A stretch of DNA of 63,832 bases, the filler included, from Reclinomonas americana ATCC 50394 (Eukaryota), in NCBI GenBank assembly GCA_048213135.1. It is 6 parts of 3 records of this genome, joined end to end, with 100 filler letters (N's around TTAATTAATTAA, not from the genome) between each part and the next. Parts side by side here need not be neighbours in the genome. Positions count along the whole stretch, not along the records: positions 1 to 23,335 come from PS015571.1; 5 more parts are not named here. One strand, given 5' to 3'. Numbering within the stretch: the first letter of the stretch is position 1; each line of letters opens with the position of its first letter. The translations under genes were made by a program, and so were the position numbers. The notes under the pieces were generated by a model. That model made no database searches, was not told the origin of the DNA, and saw nothing but the letters and a program-made list of their open reading frames with translations. Positions 1 through 11,700 of this stretch are shown piece by piece.

Positions 1-2
1 CT

Positions 3-506
3 GTGCTAGGCATTCGTCGCGAGCTTCTCGCCGACCTGGTCGGCAACGCCGTGGCCACGGCAGCAACGTCGGCCTCGTGCAACACCGGTGGAGAAGCGGC
101 GGTGCACACGGGCATTATCGATCTTGGTGGTGATGAGGGTGATCATGGCGATGTGGAGCACGCAGTGGCCGTGGCGGACAGCGAGGCGGAGGCAGAGAAT
201 GCAGATGACTCGCCATCTGCACAGGATGTGTATGCGGTGGCCGTGGACTGGATGCGGCAACACGCCGAACCCACGAACCGTCACCTGGACACACTGTACA
301 ACCTCTGCGTGGCCAATGTGGCCTCGGTGCATCGCCGCCTCGACTTGGCACAAAACGTACTGCTCGGTCTCCGACGTGCCTGCCAGGAGCATCCTCGCCT
401 ATCGTCGTGGACCGCTTGTTTCAACGAGCTGCTGGCACGCACCAATGATCGACTCGCGCAGACAGCTGGCGTGTTTGGAGCTCTGCATCGCCCGCAGCCG
501 CTGTAG
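3..506 (+). CDS. 3' end of an uncharacterised protein (runs off the window start)
   Basis: Open frame from the window edge to TAG at 504-506, with an acidic stretch followed by helical-looking sequence. No family recognised. Confidence 0.45.
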   Translation: MLGIRRELLADLVGNAVATAATSASCNTGGEAAVHTGIIDLGGDEGDHGDVEHAVAVADSEAEAENADDSPSAQDVYAVAVDWMRQHAEPTNRHLDTLYNLCVANVASVHRRLDLAQNVLLGLRRACQEHPRLSSWTACFNELLARTNDRLAQTAGVFGALHRPQPL

Positions 507-758
507 ATGAACTCATTGAGGAGGTTTACTTCTGCTTCCACTGACCAGAGGAGTCGATGTCAACAGTCGGAGCTCTGCATCGCCCGTAGCCATGACGGGC
601 GTCCAGGGTCAAGGGTCAACAAGCTGCTCGACGGTACTCAGTTTTCCGCGTCGAGTTCACATCGAGTGAAGTTAGTGCGAATCGCAAGAAACTGGGCAGT
701 CCTGCATGTCCAGTTTCGAACACATAGACACGACAGAGCGAAGAAGAAGAAGAAGACC

Positions 759-3700
759 ATGGCGAGTTCCTACTTTTCCACTGGCGACGCTGACGAGCGT
801 TCAAGTCGCCTGCGAGAGCTCGCGCGTCGTATTGCTGCGCCCTTTGAGGCCGCCTCCGCCTCCTCCGCACCACCACCATCAGCAGCAGCAGCACACGCAC
901 ACGCACATGCGCCCACCACAGTGTCACTGGCAGCTGCCTCTGCGGCCGCTGCACCAGCGTCGCCTTCCGTGATGTTGGCGCGCAACTCGACGGTGTTTCT
1001 GAGTCGCGCAGAGAGTGTGGAAGTGGGCTCGGATCGCGCAGAGTTGCGCCGTGTGCTGACAGCAGCAGGTGCGCCGATTGATATTCACCGCGAGATGCAG
1101 TGGTTGCGGTCGGTGAGTGGCATGTTTTTCACAAGATTGCAAATGAGATTGAGTGAGTGCTCATGTCAATGGTCGGAAAAATCCTAAGGACATCACCGAG
1201 GAACTGATCTGTGAGGCGGTGGACTCGTTTCCGCCGGCCTCCATTGGCTACTACCCGGCGGAACGGTGTATTCGTCGGCGATCGGTGGCGCACGAGATTG
1301 TCTTGTTGATCGACGAAGGTACGCTGTTTGAAGTCTGTTTGCAATGCTAGTGTGCTGACGATTGATGGTTTGTCCAGCGTTTGCCGCCGCCGAGGCGTCT
1401 GCGCAGCGAGGCGATGACGAAGTGGATGCCGCGGCGGTGCCGCTGCGAGAGGAGTTCAAGAAGGGAGCGGACGGAGTGGCGTTGTCGGCCGAGGTGCTCC
1501 TGCGACAGCTGCCACTGGTGGAGATTGTGTGTCGCACGCGTGTGGCGGCGATGGCACCCAGTGGCCGCGCGTTCTCTCCCGCCGAGATCGTGCTGGAGGC
1601 CATTGGCTTGCGGCAGCAGAGCCACACGAGCGGCCGCGTGCGCATGAGTGCCGATGGATCGACGGTGCTGTGCGTGCCGACGGCGCGTGTCGTGGAGATG
1701 CAACTGGCTGCGTGTTTCTCCGCGCAGCAGCAGGATCGTGACCCGCGCTTGCGTGCGCTGTGCGAACCACACGGAGGGAATCTGGCGCTCCTCTCCGACA
1801 TGCTCCACACGTCGAGCATCATGCAGACGCTGCGCTACATCCCTGCATCGGAGCGTGAGCCGTTCATCATTTCCGCTGTGGGACGTGAGTGCTTTTCATG
1901 ATGTGCATTACTCGCGCTGTCACACTGCGTTCACACAACGACCCATCGCAGACTCGCGCTTCGTGCAAGTGGTTCAGCCGACACCATCGTCAGAGTTGCT
2001 CATCGGCATGTGCCCGCGCGGCACGTACATTCGCCGGACGCTGCACGACTTGTTTGCCAAGCGTGGCCTCAGTCGATATGTTGCGTGCAGCGACGAGAGA
2101 AGGACGGCACTTATCAGCTGCATGCACTCACACACCTCTTGCCCGCAGCCGGATCTCCTGGAGATCATGGAGGACAGTCCGGAGCGCGAACTGCCGATCG
2201 ACAGCCTTATCAGCCTGGACGAGTTCACCTCGTTCTCCGCGACGGAGCCCATCACGGCTTCCGACATTGTTGCCGCCATTGTGGAGGGCTTTGACGACGT
2301 ACCTGGGTGCCAGCCACCAGTGATCCTGTCCGCCAACGATGAGTGGATCACACCGTTGCGTTTTTCTCTCCCTTTGTCGTCTTGCACCCCCTTCACCACG
2401 CCTTACGCGGATGAGGGTTTCACAGACTCCAACTGGCCGAGAGGTCGCCTGTGCCGCACGGGGCAGCCGACGATGAGCTGCATGATGCATTCCGCGATGC
2501 CATTGCCGTTTCGTCACTTGCTTGCTCACCACAGGCACGATTTTTCGTTGTTTAATACAATGCGCACGCACACAGCATCCCTCGCAGGCACTGTCAAGCC
2601 CACCAGTCGAGGTGGCTCGTTGGTCTCCCGAAGAGGCTGCACATCGTGTGCGCCGCCAGATCGAGTTGTACATGAGCGGTACGCCTGCTTGCCTTTTCCC
2701 GTCGCTCCAGAATTCTTCTCATGTTTCCTCGTGACAGACCGCTACCTCTTGCACGACCGTTACCTGGCTTCGCTGCTGCTGGACTCGGAGGACTGGAGCG
2801 TGGCCGTGGAAGACCTGTTGGGTATCCGTGTGCTCCGCGAGTGGCTGCAGCGGGAGCAGGGTAAGGCACCAGGCGCACGCTTTCGCAAGCGCAGTGGGTG
2901 ATGGAAGGCTCAAATTTGGTGCTGCTTTGCAGATCCGGTGGCATTCATCTGTCGTGCTCTGCGCGGTTCTCGTCGATTGACGGTGATCGGAGAGAGCAGC
3001 AGTGTGCCACGGGTTCGCCGCGACACGCCGCCTCCTGAGTTCCGTCAGGTGCGCATTGCTGGCGCAGAGGAGAACATGCTCAGCATCTGCCCGAAGCCGC
3101 GCAGCGCACCGTTGGGTGAGTACGCATGCATTTGTCACTGCGCACAACTCGAAGCTCACTCGGAAGCGCGTGCGCATGCAGGTCCGTCGTTTTCGGTGGC
3201 CACGTACAACATCTTGGCGCAACATCTCAGTTTCGTTGCAGAAATGGTGCTGCGCAGTTTTCTGTTGTTGGCGCAGGCACTCATCGTGTGATATCCGCGC
3301 AGTTGAGAGTCATCTGACCAACAACCCTGTGCGTAGAATGCGTATCTTGCTAAGCCACTCACTGCGCATGCACCAGTGTTCATTAACTGATTGCTTTTGT
3401 TTTCGCCTACCAGGAGCACTTCGGGTACCTGAGCAGCTTTGAGTGTCTGAGCTGGAGGAATCGCTCGTGGAGTCTGTTGCGTTGCATGCGCATCCTCTCG
3501 TCGCACCACACAAGTATTCATCCAATATACTCTACCTCCCTGCAGTGTACGCGAGATCATGTTCTACAGCCCCGACATTCTGTGCATGCAGGAGGTGCAA
3601 GCGCCCGTCAACCACACCCACCCACAAGAGGACAATCACATGCTGCAACTGCATCAGATGCTGCTCGGCACCTCGGCCGGCTCCGATCCCGTGTACTGTG

Positions 3701-4635
3701 GAGCCTATGGTTCGTGTACCCACATACGCCATGCTTCTATTCTCCCTCACTCTCCACTGGCCGCAGTGCGCAAGCGTGGAACCAACGGCTTTGTGGTCGG
3801 CCCTCGCGGCCCCGTCATCGGCAACACTGTCCACTGGAAGCACGCGGTGTTTGAGCGCGAGTCTGTGTGGCCGGAAGAGTTCGATACATGCGGCTACGGC
3901 GATCGACTGCTGAAGGCCGCCAAGGGCTCGCGCAACCCCGCCTTGACGCGCGTCACGCAAGTCGCAGTGGGCGTCTTGCTGCGTCACCGCGAGTCGGGTG
4001 ATCGAGTGATTGTGGTGTCGACACACATTTCGTGCCAGCACCGCGATCCGCATCTCCAGCTGCGTCAAGTCAAGGTGCTGACGCAGTACATTGAGGATCT
4101 GCAGCGCTTCGTGCGCGCCACGTACGGCGAGGACACGCGTGTCGCAACTGTGCTGTGCGGTGACTTTAACTCGCTGCCCGGCAGCGCGTGCTACAACTTT
4201 ATGGTGGACGGCAATCTCCCTGCTGACGACGAGGTGGCCCGTGCGGCCCTGCAGGATGGCCTGTTCCGCCTGGGAGGACGCGAAGGACGCCTCCGCCACC
4301 CGCTCAACATGCGCAGCTCGTATTTCAGCGTGCTGGGTCGCGAGCCGGTGCACTCGAACTTTGCCATGGGATTCCGCAACTGTCTCGACTACATCTTCTA
4401 CTCGCACGGACTGCTGCGCCCCGTGGCCGTGCTGGATGTGCCGTCGGAACGCGCACTGTCGCTGTACGGCGGCGCGCTGCCGAACGAGTGCCAGCCGTCG
4501 GATCACCTTCCGCTTGTCGGTGAGGAATAGGCGAAGGGAGGGGGGTTCTCGGATGATTCTCATTTTACAAAATTGCTGCGCACAGCTCGTTTCCGATTCC
4601 CACCGTTCCACGGGCCGGCGGATGGCAGTCAGTGA
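759..4635 (+). CDS. Multi-exon protein: tandem La-motif-like repeats + C-terminal CCR4/Angel/PDE12-type EEP nuclease (paralog 1)
   Basis: ATG at 759. Spliced EEP motifs: FSVATYNILAQ, PDILCMQEVQ, STHI, CGDFNSLP, LDYIFY, PSDHLPLVARF. La-like repeat: FLVTDRYLLHDRYLASLLLDSEDWSVAVEDLLGIRVLREWL..DPVAFICRALRGSRRLTV..RVRR. The last exon ends at TGA 4633-4635. The EEP call is firm; the La call is by-eye similarity. Confidence 0.8.
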
Positions 4636-4789
4636 CAGAAGGTGGAATGAATAGTGTAATATGCCCGACAATCAAACGACAGTCACGCACAGCGCTAGCG
4701 AGCTTGAAAGGCAAATCCCGTCGCGTTTGGCCGGATTTCAAGTTGACGGGACAAGTAATATAACACTCACACTCACCACTCGCGAGCCA

Positions 4790-7700
4790 ATGGCTGACGG
4801 GTACAGCCGGTTGGACGATCATGTGAGAGGTTCCATGGAGATGATCCCCTTGGTTCCGCGTGATGCCTGGGGTGATGTCATCGCGTCAGTGCGCGATATC
4901 TGTTGCGTCTCTGCCGCTCTCTCTCTCTTTTCATGCGCGCGCGTGTGTGTGCTCATGCACTATGCGCATACAGTGGAGACACACATGCGTGATCACTCGC
5001 GACAGTCGGCCAACGACGTGCATCTGTGGCACGAAGAGATGCAGACTGTCAAGGTGCTACGAGAGGCCTGCAAAGAGCGCGCAAAGTACGACCGAGAGGA
5101 CCAGGGCGTGCTGTTGTTGGCCTACACCAAGTTCTTCAAGTGGTGGTCGCAGACGCGGTGCACGCGCGCTGCGTGGGATGCTGTCCGTTGCGCTCTCTTG
5201 CATGCACGCAAATGTGCTCGTCGTGTGTGCTTCTAATCACGCGCGGTGAAACACCAGAGTGTCGCTCGCCAGTGGCGTCGCAGCGGTACCCGGATCTCAG
5301 CAGCGTGATCAGTGTGTGTGCTGCGCGCGATCGGGAGCACGAACCACGCGATGTGTGGACGACGGTGCAAGCACTGGCGGATTCTCGCCCTCCTCCGCCC
5401 AAGCCATACGCTGCGCGCCGTCCGCACGTGTACTATGAGCCGGAGCCTGTGAACAGATACCAGCAGTCGGCGCAGCAGCAGTCCATGTATAGCCCGGTTA
5501 TGCCGCCAGCTTCCGCGCAGGCGTACGAGTACTCGGGTGGAGCTGGTGTGGCGCCTCCGATGGCATACTATTCACCGGCAGCAGCAGCAGGGGCAGGCGG
5601 TCTCTTTGATGCACCGGTCGACCGTCTGAGCCATGTGGGCCATCGGGTGCGTGTGGGAGAGAGAGAGAAAGGAGAGGAAAGACTTTGTCAGCGGCACTGA
5701 CTTGTCGATCGTCACCAGCCGGGAGTGGAGATGGGCGCTGCTTCTGGTGGTTTGTTTGACTCGCCGGTCGAGAGACTAGGCCGCCTGGACCTTCAGGTTT
5801 GCGTGAATGGTTGAAGGATTGACAGTCCGTGTGGCGCTCACTGACTGTCACTCCCAGGCGGGCCCTGGTGCGGTTCGCCCCCCCTCGGCTGCCTCTGTAG
5901 CTGGTGGGGTCTTTGATGCACCAGTCGACAGCCTAGGCCGCGCGGACCGTCAGGTGTGTGCCAGCGAGTGAAGAGTGACTGCATCGATCTGTTAGGTGCT
6001 GATCTGATGGTCTTCGTCCAGGCGGTTCGACCGCCGACAGCCGCCGCCGCCGCAGCTTGGTCCCCAGCACCCGTTGGCGCTGCTGCTTCTGGAGGCCTCT
6101 TTGGAGGTCCGGCAGAGCGACGCAGCATCTTGGACCAGGTGCGTGCGTGTGTTTTTCGCGGCGACATGTGAGTATGCTCACTCGACAAGGAGGCCCACGT
6201 AGCCGGCCGAAATCAATCCGTCTGCGGCAGCAGCAGCACCAGCTTCTGGCCACTTCAGCTCCGACGAGCGCAGGTCAGACGCTCGCGCTCGCAAACCAGC
6301 TCGTGAGAAGTCGCGCAGTGATGAACCGGTGCTCTTTGGTCCACCATACTTCCGCGTTCCGCATTCATCACTGCAGTCCGACGCCGGCTACGAAACGTGA
6401 GTTGCTGCCGTGCTCTCTGTTTACCAGTCTCTCGCATTCTGACTGAACATTTGTGCAGGCTCAAGACGCACCGGTCCATCGTCTTCCGCAAGGACTGCCG
6501 TGAGGAACACGACAACAACTTTATCTATCGTTGCGTGCTGTGGTCCACCCACTCCTCCAACTCCTCTGACGCTGGTGTGTGTTTTTGTCTCCTTGCAGTG
6601 CTCGAGTTAGAGGGTGGACGCGCCTCGCGTCGTGTGCGACTCAGTGCGGTGCGTACAACTCATGTGTGTGTCGTGCACAATCACGCACGGCCTGCACTGA
6701 CACTCTTTATGACAGCAATCGCGACAGCAGGGCATTGACCTGTTTCGCCAAAAGTGTGCCTCTAGTGGTCTGCCAGAGTACATTTGCGGCAAGTGCACTG
6801 CGGTGGCACAGGTGGCTCCGAACACCATGGAGGTGAGCCGCATTGTCGTCTGCGCGTTCATTGGGTATGTATTTCTCACCACACAGCGTCTGCAGGCCAC
6901 CCTGGACTTTACGGAGGAAGTGAGGCAAGTCACGCGCATGGGTGAGTCGACCTCGGTCGTCGGTATCCTTTGATTGCATCCTGACGCAATGTGCAGATCT
7001 GGACGCCATTGCGCAGGAGATTGAGGCGGCTGGCTGGCGCTCGGCAGAACGACCCGATGTCAGGCTGCCCGATGTCGAGATGAGCGTCCGCAACCAGTGG
7101 AACGCCGACATCTCTTGGGCCAACGGCACACCGAAGAACATCCGCGCCATTACCATGGTCGTGTGGAGTACCTCGACGCGCAAGCGGTACGGCGAGGTGG
7201 TGGAAGAGATGCGGCGTAACCGACAAGGAAGTGCGTCGCCACCGGCTGCACCTTTCGCTTTGTTGTGATCTCTCACGCAACGGCACGCAGAGCCACTGAT
7301 CCCCATGTTGGCGTTCCACGGCACCAGGGGCGATGTGATTCCAAAGATTCTCCAGGAAGGCTTCAATCCGGCGATGCGCAGGCGAATGGCGTATGGGCAG
7401 GGGTGCGTTACTCTCCACTGCTTTTCGTACTCCTGAATTCCTGTGTATATCTCACGTGTGTGTGTGTGTGCATCAGTGATTACTTTGCACGCAACGCCTC
7501 TGTCAGCATCGGATACGCCGACGCGGCGAACCGCATGATTGTGTTCGAGTGCTTGTTGGAGAGTGCGTGTCCGATGTCTTTCTGTGCACTTACCTACGCA
7601 GTGGGCTCACCGATGCGCTGCCAGGTGGTACCGTCACGTGGGTCGACGCGCAAAACTACTTTGTCGTCAACGAAACCGACAAGTACATGTGGCCGATTGC

Positions 7701-7792
7701 TGGTGAGTGCCGCTGTCGCTGCGATTCTGCTGCTTCGAGGCTGGCATACTGACGGCGCGTGCATGCATGCAGTGATTGATTTTGATCGTTAG
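4790..7792 (+). CDS. Multi-exon protein with a C-terminal PARP-like ADP-ribosyltransferase domain
   Basis: Spliced C-terminus LAFHGTRGDVIPKILQEGFNP..AYGQGDYFARNASVSIGYA..RMIVFE..NYFVVN..WPIAVIDFDR* matches the PARP HGT / YGxGxYFA signature. Continuity with the upstream exons is inferred from GT-AG phases. Confidence 0.72.
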
Positions 7793-8376
7793 GCGCCGTG
7801 CGCGGAAGCGCGCATCATGTGCATGGTGAATGAAGCTTTGTGGAGTGTAACAACTGTATGTTACACTCATTCAGCGACGTAAGCTGCTCTTTTATTACCA
7901 TTTTCCAACCACGGATATCGATGCTTGTGGATTCCCTGTGCTTATGCAAGTGCTGTCTGCGAGAAGATGAAAAGCGAGCACGTCCTCGGTGCAATTATGG
8001 ACCGGAAAGTTTAAGGTCTGCACACCGGCCAGGTTCAGCTGACCAAGGACCGAAGGAAATCGAGTACAATGTCACCGAAAACTGCGAACACGTGAAAGCA
8101 AGAAACTGAAAATGGTATCTGTCCGTGTTTTGCTCTCGACATTGGATGTTTTCAACGCGGACCGTCTTAGTTTACTAACTCTAGCCACCTGGACTCACGC
8201 CTAACATGCACCAATGAACCGACACTTCGCGCTGCAGCCTGGACCGAAATCCGCGCAGCGCAGCGCAGCGCGCGCGCGCTCTAGATCTGCCCGAAATTAA
8301 AAACTGCGCATGCAGCGCATGCTATCTGCAGTCGCAAACATCGAGGCGCAAACCAACGGCCAGAGGGTCCTTTTCG

Positions 8377-8655
8377 TCACTCACACGTGGCACCGGCCGC
8401 GTTGCCAGTCTGAGACGGAGTGGGCGTGGAGGCCGCAACGGGATCATGATCATCAGATTTCGATCGCTCTCGCTCTCGAATGGCATTCAGGCGGCTCTGC
8501 GCGTCGGCCAGTCCACGCCGAGTCTCTTCGGCGCAGAGTGTCGCCAACTTTTCGCGTCGAGTCTTCAGCTCAGAGAGAAGCTCTTCTCGCGACAAAGTGG
8601 TGCGCGGGATGCTGCGGACGATGTTGAACACGCGTTCAGCAGCGCGACAAGCCAT
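8377..8655 (-). CDS. Possible small hypothetical coiled-coil protein
   Basis: About 92 aa ORF (EELLSELKTRREKLATLCAEETRRGLADAQSRLNAIRERE) lying head-to-head with the gene at 8775. No homology recognised. Confidence 0.3.
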   Translation of the reverse strand: MACRAAERVFNIVRSIPRTTLSREELLSELKTRREKLATLCAEETRRGLADAQSRLNAIRERERSKSDDHDPVAASTPTPSQTGNAAGATCE

Positions 8656-8774
8656 CACGATGATGCAGCCTCCCGACTCTCTCCTCGTTCGCGTTTACAC
8701 AAGGGTTCGCCACAGATCGCCAATCAACCGACCGTGGATATCTCGCCTAGCCAAGTAGCCAGCCAGATCCAGCC

Positions 8775-11700
8775 ATGGGCGCCTGTTGCGGGGGCGGTGG
8801 CAACAGCGCCAGTGCTCGTCGACGCAGCATGCTGGACGGTGGCACTGGACTCCCGGTGCGCACACCACTGCCCCATTTCTCTCTCCCCTCACTCCCCCCT
8901 CACACACATGTGTCAGCCCGCTGTTCTGCGACAACTGGCCGCCGATGTGGGTGCCGTGTACGAACGCCTCTTCGAGCAGCTGCCTGAGGACACCGGCAAG
9001 GGCGCCGACTTGTCAGTGTTGGTGAACAAGAAAGGCGAGAATATCGATGTGCAGTTGCTGCTGCCACGACTGGCGGCTGTTGCGTTCTCCCCTCCCCTCG
9101 CCCCTCTATCTCTCTCCCTCATCCTCATGTGTGTTGTGAGCACAGGGCGTTACTGTGTACGACATTGGCGAGGCACTCGAGCGCTTCCCGCTCTACACGG
9201 TGGAGTTTGTGCAGCCGGTCGGCACCAAGCAGTCGCCGAGTGTGCGCGGTCGTCGTGTGGCCGATCAGATCACCGCCCGCCTGGACGACAGTTGCGCCCG
9301 TGCGCGCCAGTCCACACCTGCGCCATGTGCCGTCTCACCCCCCTTCTCCAGTGCTCGCCGATCTGCAGGATGGACGCGGCAACAGCACGGCAGTGGCCGA
9401 TGCCATGGCGCACAGTCCCGACGGGCGAGTCGAGCTGCGCTTGTTTGTTTCCGAGCACCCGGTACTCTCGGCGCTGTGTCAGCGCTACTTTCCACGCCGC
9501 TCGCCTGTGGAGGTGGTGGCGGAGGCCCTCGAAAAGGCCGTTGCGTCTGTGCTTGGTGTTGCTGGGCGGACTTGTCTCACAACCCTCCTTGCGCGCAGGA
9601 TAAACGCGGATCGCGGGTCTGTCTGTGTGCGGATCAACCGCAGTACATGAAGGCGCGCCCGCTGTTGCAGCACCTGGAGCTCATGCTGGGAGTGTGGTTC
9701 AGTGATCGCGGTCTGACGCACTTTCCGGTGCTGCGTGAGCTGTGCGAAAAGTACAACTTTTCCGACAAGTCGGTGCCGCTCGCCGACTTTCTCCAGCTCT
9801 CACGCGTGCGTCACTTGCTGCGACGTGAACCCGAGGCACGGCACGAGGACCACGTGCGCGCGGCGGCCACAGGTACAGATCGTGACTCGCTCTGCTCTCT
9901 GTCTACCATCCGCTGTCACTTCAGTCCTTCGCCACTCGTACTGTGCTCTCCGTCGTCTCACGTGCGTGGTGCTGAATTGCAGCCTCGCCACTGGTCACCA
10001 TCAGCGTGCGACAGCGTGGACGTGGCGCGGTGTTCATTGGGCGCACCAACACGCAGGATTTCGTGCGACGTGCACTCAATCGCATGTTCTCGCCCGAGTG
10101 GATCCACGTGAATCCGCAACTGCTCGAATGCAGCAGTGGGAAGGAGATCCCGGTGGAGGAGTTGCCGCACATGTGGCCCTTCAAGTCGATGACGAAGACT
10201 CCCGTCACGGCCTCCACCATCCGCTCCGTGATCAAGGGCGACTTGTCGGCGGTCTGTCGCGACTGTCGTGCGACGGTGCGCCAAACCTCATCTTCCTCTG
10301 TTTTGCGTAGGTGTGTGTCCGACTGACGCCAAACGGAAAGGCGATTGTGCTGCGCGACGGATCCATGTCACCACTCATGTCGCCCGTCATGAGTCCGGCG
10401 TTCAGTGGAGTTGTGAGTGGACGCGGTGGGATGACATTAGATGCTCGTGCGCCGACTGAACGACCTTCTCTTCGTGCTGCAGATCATGAGTCCACAGGCA
10501 GGCAGCCTTGCGAGTGCCGCCGGCGGTGCAGGTGAGGGCATTGACGATCCTGGCAAGTGGTCGCACGACGAACTGCTTCGTCGACTGCGCTCGCAAGTCC
10601 AGTCGTGGTTCGACGAGTCGTTCCTCCTCTCCAATGCGGTGCGTCGTTGGGGGCGGGGGAAAGATGAATGCATGCATAAGGCTTGGCTTTCATCTGACTG
10701 CTGCGCACAGCAACTGCTGTCGATTCTGCGAGAAAGCGACGGCAGCATCAAGCTGCGTGATCTGCTCAAGTTGTATCCGCTGAAAGAGTGGCTCAGTAAC
10801 TATCCAGGTGCGTGTGCTTATCATAATGCAATGTGCTGGAGTGGCGCTGACAAGTTGGAACAGACCCACTCGACACGCTGTCCACGGCACTACAACGCTC
10901 GCGTGTGCTGCAGGTTTTCAAGGACTCGCGCAAGTCGGCCATGCGCGTCTGTCGACGAAAGGCGCTGCCGGAACTGCGAAAAGTTGCGCTGCTTGACACA
11001 CTCACCACTCGCGCGCTGTTCTCAACTCTCGTGCAGTTTATCGATGAGCTGGATGTGCCAAAGGATGCTGGTGGGGTTGTGTCGCATCTGTTGCTGCTAG
11101 TGCATGTGCGTAACCGTGGCCTCTTGCATCATGCAGTGTACTTCTCGGTCATGTCGTGGAACATTTTGGCCGACATGCGCGCCATCAAGGTCTGTTGTGC
11201 TTCACCGTGTGCGCGCACATGTGAGGCTTGCTGACGCTGTGCAGGAGTTGTATCCACACGTGCCGAACCCGGAACAAGTGCTCGACTGGAACGTGCGGCG
11301 TGCTGGCATGTGCGTTCGTCTGTCTTTGCTCTCGTTGCTGTCATTGCCACTGCTACTGACAGTATTTCTCATTTGTTCCACTCGACGAACAGCATCACCG
11401 AGGTAGGAGCATGCGTCTCGTTGTCTCGTTGAGCTCCTTGTGCTGAGCATGTCGTGTCGCCAGATCGCCATCCGCCGCCCCGACATTCTGTGCCTGCAGG
11501 AGGTGCAAGGCTACGAGGATCACGACGTGGCCGAAGACAATCACGTTGCGCAGCTGACGGAGGAGCTCGCACGCGGCAGCGTCGACGGTGGCGTGCTTGC
11601 CGGTGGTGTGTATGTGCGCAGACGTGGACGCAATCGAAAGGTGCTCCTGCCGGGTCGGCCCAACCTCGGCTGCTCACTCCTGTGGAATCCACAAGTTGCG

